Made by a program: the position numbers and the translations under genes
NCBI GenBank assembly: GCA_038893835.1
Contig: JAWAQR010000027.1
Location: forward strand, 1-15,395
Source of the DNA: Archaeoglobaceae archaeon
Lineage (GTDB): Archaea; Halobacteriota; Archaeoglobi; Archaeoglobales; Archaeoglobaceae
Length of the DNA: 15,395 bases
Reading direction: 5' to 3'
In this document: in pieces, positions 1 to 6,213 of the stretch
Position numbering within the stretch: the first letter of the stretch is position 1
Layout of the letters: each line of letters begins with the position of its first letter
The notes under the pieces: model-generated
The model's input: only the letters and a program-made list of their open reading frames with translations
What the model was told of the DNA's origin: nothing
Database searches by the model: none

Positions 1-65
1 CCAACTCCTACCCCATAGCCGACTCCAAAACCTCCTATTCCACCATATCCTACTCCAGAACCCAT
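1..65 (-). CDS. 5' end of a glycine-rich (Gly-X repeat) protein, truncated by the window edge
   Basis: My translation from ATG at 65 reads MGSGVGYGGIGGFGVGYGVGVG... and stays open to the edge. It is preceded by an RBS-like AGTGGT and an upstream A-rich BRE/TTTAAAA box (~101-116). Not in the supplied ORF track. Confidence 0.7.
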   Translation of the reverse strand, partial: MGSGVGYGGIGGFGVGYGVGV

Positions 66-307
66 TTGAAAACAACCACTTAATTTTTAATATTCTTATC
101 TTTTAAATTATTTTTTACATCTATTAAAAACAAAGCAATCCCCAGCTCTCTTGGATCCTTACGCTTTAAAGCTAACAAACTTTCGAGATTACAATTACTG
201 CCTAAACTACATTATTCCAGCCCTTCTCAAAGCATCCTTCGAATTTATTTCCTTAAGATTTGTTTCCAGATAATCCCTGAAATCATATCTCAGCATTTCA
301 AGCATTT

Positions 308-361
308 GCACGGATTACGCTTAGCGTCCCAGATTGGCTTTACGAGATAATGAAGAAATAG
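308..361 (+). pseudogene. Remnant of an RHH/CopG-type antitoxin-like gene
   Basis: Reads ARITLSVPDWLYEIMKK then TAG. This matches the beta-strand/helix start of archaeal RHH antitoxins (xITLSVPD/ExLYxxMKK). There is no in-frame start codon (TTT precedes it) and the stop is premature. Confidence 0.45.
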
Positions 362-442
362 AGGACTTTCAAAAGAATTCGAAATCCCAGATGATCTATC
401 TGGCGATAGAATTAAATATTTGAAGAAAATTAAATTAGTTGG

Positions 443-2095
443 ATGATGAACAGCAAAGCAGTCTCGCCACTGATCGGATTCATACTTTTGATGACAATAG
501 TGATGGGATTAATTGGCATTCTGCAATCAACCGCAGTTCCGCAGTGGAATAAGGCAGTTGAGGCAAAGCATCTCAGCGAGCTAAAGTATGGGATTGCTGA
601 TGTTAGCAAAGCTATTTCGCTCTCAGCTTCAACAGGAAATCCAGCAAAGATAGTTTTAAAGGCTGGTGTAGATTATCCGAATTATTACGTTCTCGTTTCC
701 CCATCGAAGGCTTCGACAACGATTTCGGCAAAGGATTTAAAGATAAGAGTTGATGGAACAATTGCAATCGAAGAAAAAACCTCGGCAATTTTAGTGGAGC
801 CGAACTACTTTTACTCTTCGCGTTCAAAGCTAATCTACGAGCACTCGGCAGTTTTAAGGCTTGAGAATTCTTTTGTTTTAAAGGAATCAGATCAGAGCTC
901 CTTTAGCAACAATTCGATTTCGCTGTACATAATAAGGGCGAACTTTAACAGCTTTGCAACAACTGAGAGTGCAAATCTGATCTTCATCCCCATCTCCGTT
1001 GGAGGCAGAAATCTTTTCAGCGGAAACATTGGCTTTGAATGCTTTGATGAGAAAACTGCGGAGTGGTGGAATTCTACGCTCAGCGAGGTTTATAGGAATA
1101 ATTCGGAAGTAAGGGTTAGCAGAAATGGAAACGTTGTTAACATTGAGAATCTCAAAAACATCACTCTTTCGATTTCCGTTTTTGAAGTCTATGCTGCTAT
1201 TGGTGGAGAAACGTCTCAAGCTTTTGGATTAACACCAGAAAAATTCATTCCGCTAACTGAAACCCAGTTTGAGGTTTATCAATACTCTACTGTGATGCTT
1301 GGTGCTAAGCTTGTAGATAAGTTCGGAAATCCTGTCAAAAATCATCCTGTAACAATATCTGTGTTTTCAAGCAACGGAATTTGTAATTCCAACCAATATC
1401 AAACTGTTACAAACGAAAGGGGTGAGATTTGGTATTACTTCAACGCAAATGTCATCCCCTCTAATAACGAGACAATAGTTACGTGCACCGTATCCTTTAC
1501 AGCTGCGGATGGAGTAGAACAATCCTTCACGATAAAAGTTAATGCATCCATCCCTTTCTGCGAAGAGTGTCCAGCTAATGGAGGGTGCCCTCCCTGTCCG
1601 CCAAGTGGGGGTCTTTCGGGAGTGAGGGGGGCAACTCTGTCGAATATATCTTGTTCGCCCGAGTGCAGCAGTTACAACAGCTCTTTTGTAGGATGGATTG
1701 ACGATCTATCTATTTGGGCAAACTCTACAAAAGATTGTGCATGGCAAAACTTTAATTTCACATTGCCATATCCTATTAATTCGAGTGTTTCTCCCATACT
1801 TATATGGAATGGCACTTGCATAGAAAAAGGAAAGGATGGATGTGTGTTGATATTTCTTAACGACAATCTTGCGAATCCGAGAGGAAAAAAGGAACCTAGG
1901 GATAAGGAACCTGATTTGGAGGTTCAGCTAAATGCAAGCGACTTTGTTAATCAACAAATCTCGGTGCATATTGTTTGTTCTCATATAGATTCTTGTCATA
2001 AAGAAGAAATACACTGTCCTCCTGGCCAAGAGTTTAAGCTAAGCACCAACTATATCGAAATTCTTTTTGTGAAACAGGAACAACAGAAACGATAA
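443..2095 (+). CDS. Large archaeal type IV pilin-like surface protein with an Ig-like domain and a Cys-rich C-terminus
   Basis: Class III signal peptide SKA|VSPLIGFILLMTIVMGLIGILQ followed by VPQWNKAVEAKH. Invasin/Big_1-like motif AKLVDKFGNPVKNHPVTISV...TVTNERGEI. Many N-x-S/T sequons and 12 Cys in the last ~180 aa. Confidence 0.8.
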   Translation: MMNSKAVSPLIGFILLMTIVMGLIGILQSTAVPQWNKAVEAKHLSELKYGIADVSKAISLSASTGNPAKIVLKAGVDYPNYYVLVSPSKASTTISAKDLKIRVDGTIAIEEKTSAILVEPNYFYSSRSKLIYEHSAVLRLENSFVLKESDQSSFSNNSISLYIIRANFNSFATTESANLIFIPISVGGRNLFSGNIGFECFDEKTAEWWNSTLSEVYRNNSEVRVSRNGNVVNIENLKNITLSISVFEVYAAIGGETSQAFGLTPEKFIPLTETQFEVYQYSTVMLGAKLVDKFGNPVKNHPVTISVFSSNGICNSNQYQTVTNERGEIWYYFNANVIPSNNETIVTCTVSFTAADGVEQSFTIKVNASIPFCEECPANGGCPPCPPSGGLSGVRGATLSNISCSPECSSYNSSFVGWIDDLSIWANSTKDCAWQNFNFTLPYPINSSVSPILIWNGTCIEKGKDGCVLIFLNDNLANPRGKKEPRDKEPDLEVQLNASDFVNQQISVHIVCSHIDSCHKEEIHCPPGQEFKLSTNYIEILFVKQEQQKR

Positions 2096-2498
2096 AATAT
2101 TATTTTTTATAGCAAATTCATAAATCAAGACTTTTCAAAATCTCCATTCCAGATGGAATAAAACCATTTTTAGCAAACAGCTATTCGCCGAAACCGCAAA
2201 CTACAGATGGTGCATAAAGTCGAGCAACGAAGATCAGGCTACAAGAGATACTGCGACGAGATCATTTCTTTGCATTGAATTTTTTCATTCTGGGGACCAA
2301 TGGTTAAGAGTGGAACTCTAAAAACCCTTTAAGCAAAAATTATTCTGCCTTTTTGAAAAAAGCCGTATAATTTATTGCTTTTCGATTGAGGTTCAAAAAT
2401 CCAAGGTTAGAGCTTAAAAGAGGATCGCAGAAAGATAATTATGCAAAAGTCAAAAGATTTGGAATAGCTCAAATTGGTTAGGGGTAAAATCCTTTCAA

Positions 2499-2527
2499 CT
2501 TTCAATCCTTTTTAGTCTGATTTCAAC
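2499..2527 (-). CRISPR. Solitary CRISPR direct repeat (no array)
   Basis: Minus strand reads GTTGAAATCAGACTAAAAAGGATTGAAAG (29 nt). The Archaeoglobus fulgidus repeat as I recall it is GTTGAAATCAGACCAAAATGGGATTGAAAG, a difference of 2 substitutions and 1 deletion. The ATTGAAAG 8-nt handle is intact. No second repeat is visible at spacer distance on either side. Confidence 0.8.
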
Positions 2528-2700
2528 CTATGAATTCCCCTTTCTCAATTTAAAGGTTTTTATTTATATATTCCTGCAAATAATCTCTTTTAAAAAGCTT
2601 TTAAAGATCAGAGAAATTTCAGCGATAAGAATAAAAATATTAAAGCTCCAATTTGAAAAAGAAGAGTTTTAAGGGATTTGCTTAGAATACGGTTTGTGAT
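2528..2700 (-). promoter_or_regulatory. CRISPR leader-like AT-rich region with BRE/TATA elements
   Basis: Non-coding and directly 5' of the repeat in the crRNA orientation. Minus strand ends ...GGAATATATAAATAAAAACCTTTAAATTGAGAAAGGGGAATTCATAG|GTTGAAATC, with TATA-like boxes ~20-40 nt before the repeat. Contains a near-palindrome TTTAAAAAGCTTTTAAA (~2589-2605). Confidence 0.55.
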
Positions 2701-2957
2701 TGTTTTCCCCATACATTCTGCATCTTGCCTCAAAATTCGGAGTAAAAGCATATAATCAAAGAAATCTTAGAGAATAGTATTGCGAATCACACAAAAATAA
2801 TTTCTTGACGAGAGTCTTTCTCTAGAAACGATAGTTTACTGCTACCGCCTAAGCTAATTACATCCTCAAAAACTGTGCTAGCCTGTTTGGAAGTTAAAAG
2901 GTTGATGGACTTCTTTGGATAAAGTCAACTCCAAGGATGCTTGACTTGTTTACATAC

Positions 2958-2976
2958 AAAAATTAAAAAATAAAAA
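2958..2976 (-). terminator. Oligo-T terminator of the parA cassette
   Basis: Consecutive T runs on the minus strand (TTTTTATTTTTTAATTTTT) about 20 nt after the stop codon at 2994. Confidence 0.5.
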
Positions 2977-2993
2977 TTTAAACTTAACCTTAA

Positions 2994-3446
2994 CTATGTC
3001 ACTTGTTGGTTTTGTTCTTTAACAAATTTAACAAATTTCTTTAAAATATATTTATATTTAGATATGGTGCTATGTTTAATGGATTTCCCTGACATGTAGT
3101 TCTCGAGAAACTTTTCCGCACTCTCTTCATCAATCTCTAGCTTGTTTTCACGAATCCATGCAACAAATTTGTCGAGTAAATATTTATCTTTTTTACGCCA
3201 TCTATTATCAAGAAGTGCTTGCAGCTTTGTAACGATATCGGTCTCCTGTACTTCTTCTTTCTTAATGTGAGGTTGAGGTCTTAGGTCTGCAGACTGCTCA
3301 TAACCTATCTTCCAAGCTTCATAATAGTATTCTAATATATTTGCCAGCAGTTGACCTGGTGTCATCTTTAAAGTATTGCTGAACTCTATGAGCCATTCCG
3401 CAAGCCGTTTCGGCAATTCTATTTCAAGTTTACTCATCTCCACCAT
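2994..3446 (-). CDS. ParA partner: putative N-terminal ribbon-helix-helix domain plus C-terminal integrase SAM-like (core-binding) domain
   Basis: Starts directly after the parA stop (TAAATG). N-terminus KLEIELPKRLAEWLIEFSNTLKMTPGQLLANILEYYY fits an RHH pattern. C-terminus LLDKFVAWI...IDEESAEKFLENYMSGKSIKHSTISKYKYILKKFVKFV fits the Xer/integrase N-terminal helical bundle pattern. Confidence 0.6.
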   Translation of the reverse strand: MVEMSKLEIELPKRLAEWLIEFSNTLKMTPGQLLANILEYYYEAWKIGYEQSADLRPQPHIKKEEVQETDIVTKLQALLDNRWRKKDKYLLDKFVAWIRENKLEIDEESAEKFLENYMSGKSIKHSTISKYKYILKKFVKFVKEQNQQVT

Positions 3447-4307
3447 TTATTCCACACTCCTAAAGTCGTTCATTCGAGTTAAGACTTCGTTAGTAAAAGC
3501 TTCTGCATCCTGTTTGAGAGCATCATTGCTCCTCAAAGTTCTGTCGAGCGGTACTTCCCACCTTCTAGGTCTGTAAACGAGATCTGTTAACTCGCTGTGT
3601 TTATGAATGATAGTATCAAAAAGAGGTTTTCTGTATACGTTTCTGGTTATAGATGATGGTAATCCGCGAAGTATTTTAATGATGTCGTTCTTTACCTTTT
3701 CGAATCTTTCTTGCTTAATACGCCTATCTACCCTCACCATGACAATCCCAAGTACTTTTAGATTATGTTCATATAACATAACATCTGGAAGGACTTCTTT
3801 AAGGAGAAGTTTTACACCAAGTAAAGATAATTCCTCCATATTTGATGGTATTATTATATAATCGGCTGCATAAAGACCCCATAAAGTAGGTGGAAAGAGC
3901 TCCGGTGGAGTATCGCATACTACAAAGTCGTAGTGCCCAGTGATTGCTGGCTCTCTTGATATCCTTCTCTTAATAGCGTATTGGTCCCATGCTGGTATCC
4001 TTCCACGATATACATCTAGGATGTAGTTTAGTCCAGAAGGAACTAAACCGATCTTACCTTCAACGTTTAACTCAATTTTTTTAATATTAAATTTTTCATC
4101 TCTTGCCATCTCGAATGTTCCGTGATTGACCTTTTCTATATCATTTTGTTTTAAAAAGAGAGATGACAGATGTGCTTGGGGATCCAAATCTAACATCAGG
4201 ACATTGTATCCTTTACTTGCTAATCCATAGGATAACAGAGCTGTTAACGTAGTCTTACCCGTACCACCTTTTTGATTAGTTATAGTAATGACTTTTGGAA
4301 CTGGCAT
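3447..4307 (-). CDS. parA: ParA/Soj-family ATPase
   Basis: Deviant Walker A NQKGGTGKTT, A' motif LMLDLDPQAHLS, Walker B YDFVVCDTPP and ADYIIIP. No N-terminal HTH extension (type Ib/Soj-like). Confidence 0.92.
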   Translation of the reverse strand: MPVPKVITITNQKGGTGKTTLTALLSYGLASKGYNVLMLDLDPQAHLSSLFLKQNDIEKVNHGTFEMARDEKFNIKKIELNVEGKIGLVPSGLNYILDVYRGRIPAWDQYAIKRRISREPAITGHYDFVVCDTPPELFPPTLWGLYAADYIIIPSNMEELSLLGVKLLLKEVLPDVMLYEHNLKVLGIVMVRVDRRIKQERFEKVKNDIIKILRGLPSSITRNVYRKPLFDTIIHKHSELTDLVYRPRRWEVPLDRTLRSNDALKQDAEAFTNEVLTRMNDFRSVE

Positions 4308-4350
4308 TTCTCTTAAGTATAACTAATAACTTACACTTAAACTTTTTTAT
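4308..4350 (-). promoter_or_regulatory. Putative parA promoter (BRE + TATA, leaderless transcript)
   Basis: Minus strand AAAAAAG-TTTAAGTG (4334-4348) lies 26 nt before the ATG, with no obvious RBS. Confidence 0.5.
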
Positions 4351-4598
4351 TTTTATGATGTGCATAATTGCTGAGATTAGGTTTAAGGTCTCGAGCGATT
4401 GTTATCGATAGACAAGGAATAAAAGTTGTTGATAACCTTAGACCTCTTAGTCCAAGCATTCGGCATCTGCATGAGATAACCAATTTATCATTCTCTGCGC
4501 ATACGGAATCTGCATGTTAGAATCTGCTTTGATTTTTATTTACCAACTCAAAGTTGCATGCTAGTTAAATATCATCTTACTCCCAACTTTCTCAATAG

Positions 4599-4671
4599 GG
4601 CCCGGAGCGGGATTTGAACCCGCCTCCTGGGATCCACAGTCCCAGAGGATAGCCGCTACCCCATCCGGGCC
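4599..4671 (-). tRNA. tRNA-His (GUG)
   Basis: Acceptor stem GCCCGGA/TCCGGGC, anticodon arm TGGGA-CTGTGGA-TCCCA, T arm GCGGG-TTCAAAT-CCCGC. Encoded G-1 (4671) opposite discriminator C (4599). CCA is not encoded and there is no intron. Confidence 0.97.
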
Positions 4672-4692
4672 ATTGAAAAGAGTTTTCTTTGG

Positions 4693-4706
4693 ATATAAAT
4701 CTCTTA
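4693..4706 (-). promoter_or_regulatory. TATA box of tRNA-His
   Basis: Minus strand TAAGAGA-TTTATAT about 21 nt upstream of the tRNA 5' end. Confidence 0.6.
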
Positions 4707-5366
4707 CTATATCCTCATCCCTCTAACTCTGTCTATGTCGAACTTCGCTCTATCGCTTATGTGCATAACTGCAATAGTGCCAGCCATCACGGGATCGCTT
4801 ACAACGACATCGCTCACATCTGGAACGCTGCCAAACATGCTTAGGGATATAACTCTTATTCCCTTTTTTCTCAGCTTTTTAACTTCTTCAGCAATCTTCC
4901 CTCCCATCAATCCGCCTGCAAGAACGAGCACTTCAGCCCTATGAAGCCTTGCTACTGCTTTAACAGCTTCTGCTATCTCCTCTTCACCAACTACTGGCAT
5001 AGTGTCTACACTTATCCTTTCTCCTCGCAAATTATGTCTGTCCGCCTCGCTTATCGCACCTATTGCAACTTGAGAAACGAGAGCACCTCCGCCGAGTATT
5101 ATCACTCTCTTTCCATAAACTTGCTCAAAGGGTTTCTCTTCTTCGATTTCAACAACGAAATCCAATTTTTTTATCTTTTCAATCATCTTTTCAAAATTTC
5201 CTCCCTCTATTTCAAAATAAACCAAAGCTCTGCCTGCATGTTCTCCAAATCGGATCGGAAAGCTCTGTGCATATTGTATATTTCCTCCCTCTTCAGCAAT
5301 TATGGTTGTCAAGTCTCTGAGCACACCAATTCTATTTTCAGCAACAATTCTCAAGCCCCTAAGCAT
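4707..5366 (-). CDS. ACT-domain regulator (COG2150 / DUF5612, AF1403-like)
   Basis: N-terminal ACT motif AENRIGVLRDLTTIIAEEGGNI. Conserved euryarchaeal C-domain GKRVIILGGGALVSQVAIGAISEADRHNLRGERISVDT...LVLAGGLMGG...DPVMAG. Confidence 0.88.
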   Translation of the reverse strand: MLRGLRIVAENRIGVLRDLTTIIAEEGGNIQYAQSFPIRFGEHAGRALVYFEIEGGNFEKMIEKIKKLDFVVEIEEEKPFEQVYGKRVIILGGGALVSQVAIGAISEADRHNLRGERISVDTMPVVGEEEIAEAVKAVARLHRAEVLVLAGGLMGGKIAEEVKKLRKKGIRVISLSMFGSVPDVSDVVVSDPVMAGTIAVMHISDRAKFDIDRVRGMRI

Positions 5367-5599
5367 CAGAACTTTGCCCCCGTAAGAGTTTTCGTTTCAA
5401 GAACACCTTCTATAGTTCTGATCTTGTTTATCACTATTTCGCTCAACTCTTCAAAATCCTCAACAACGACCTTTGCGATTAAGTCGTATTCTCCAAAAAG
5501 GGGACATAATTCTTTCACTTCCTTTATTCCCGCTATTTTATCGTAAACTTTTCTTTCTTTTCCCGGAACTACTTTTATCAAAACGAATCCAATAGCCAT
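5366..5599 (-). CDS. Stand-alone Lrp/AsnC ligand-binding (RAM) domain protein
   Basis: GFVLIKVVPGKE...LFGEYDLIAKV...KIRTIEGVLETKT. 77 aa with no HTH. The stop overlaps the next start (TGATG). Confidence 0.88.
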   Translation of the reverse strand: MAIGFVLIKVVPGKERKVYDKIAGIKEVKELCPLFGEYDLIAKVVVEDFEELSEIVINKIRTIEGVLETKTLTGAKF

Positions 5600-5613
5600 A
5601 ATAGGAGTTGTTT

Positions 5614-6213
5614 TTAGGATTTAAAATTTACCAGTAGCCCATTTTTGAGCAGGAATATTGGCAACTCTGCACAGCAAACTGGTCCGAGGATGACGTGTCC
5701 GAGAACTTCTTCTATTTCATCCCTGAATTTTTCAGCAAGACCAGGTATTACGATCTTTTTCCTATCCACTTTTTCCAGTTCCTCAATTTTTTCCGCTATC
5801 TTTTCAGCTCTAAATAAACCAAGATACACCGCCATGTCAATGGAATATCCTTCCGTATCGATGATCAGAAGATTGAAATCTATTCCTGCTCTTACCATCA
5901 CTTCCGAAACTGCAGCCTGTGTATAGGGATAATTGGCCGTAACAAGGGTAACGGCCCTTTTATTGCTGAAAATAAGCCCTGTCTTCGTCTTTATTGTAGT
6001 TGAATATATTGGAATCTTTAAGAAATTCTTTGCATCAACTGCAAGATTCAGGAATTTTACTTCAATTTCTTTCAAATAAGGACATTTTTCAGCCCTATCT
6101 CCCTTCTTTAACTTTTCAGCAAATTCTTTACAATTAAATCCACATTCACCACAATCCTTTTTTGGCAGATATTTGTAGAAATCTATTCGGTCAAAGTATA
6201 AATCTGCGTTCAA
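5614..6213 (-). CDS. Small FeS protein: [4Fe-4S] domain plus AcsC/CdhE-like corrinoid-binding domain
   Basis: LPKKDCGECGFNC...CPYL (CX2CX3CX15CP) followed by LVTANYPYT...LLIIDTEGYSI...KIVIPGLA...VILGP. These match the N- and C-terminal domains of the CFeSP large subunit. Confidence 0.75.
   Translation of the reverse strand: MNADLYFDRIDFYKYLPKKDCGECGFNCKEFAEKLKKGDRAEKCPYLKEIEVKFLNLAVDAKNFLKIPIYSTTIKTKTGLIFSNKRAVTLVTANYPYTQAAVSEVMVRAGIDFNLLIIDTEGYSIDMAVYLGLFRAEKIAEKIEELEKVDRKKIVIPGLAEKFRDEIEEVLGHVILGPVCCAELPIFLLKNGLLVNFKS

Noticed and set aside
1970-2030. Cytochrome c heme-binding site in the pilin-like protein (CSHIDSCH)
   Set aside because: The spacing is CX5CH, not CXXCH, and occurs only once. 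Disulfides are the simpler explanation.
2130-2160. Second degenerate CRISPR repeat (CTTTTCAAAATCTCCATT)
   Set aside because: Only the first few bases resemble the repeat, the GTCTGATTTCAAC half is missing, and it is far beyond spacer distance.
2125-2321. Open + strand frame (...LFAETANYRWCIKSS...WLRVEL*) as a small gene or toxin
   Set aside because: No credible start codon or RBS and no recognisable motif.
2471-2480. Match of the solo repeat's pseudo-spacer (TAACCAATTT) to 4477-4486 upstream of parA
   Set aside because: Only 10 nt, AT-rich, not in the seed position and not extendable. Such a match is expected by chance in a window this size.
2922-2947. Hairpin AAGTCAA-N12-TTGACTT as an IS end or att site
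   Set aside because: The stem is only 7 bp with no partner end, target duplication or transposase. At most it assists termination.
5614-6213. hgcA mercury methylase
   Set aside because: No N(V/I)WCA(A/G)GK motif, no C-terminal transmembrane helices and no adjacent hgcB ferredoxin.
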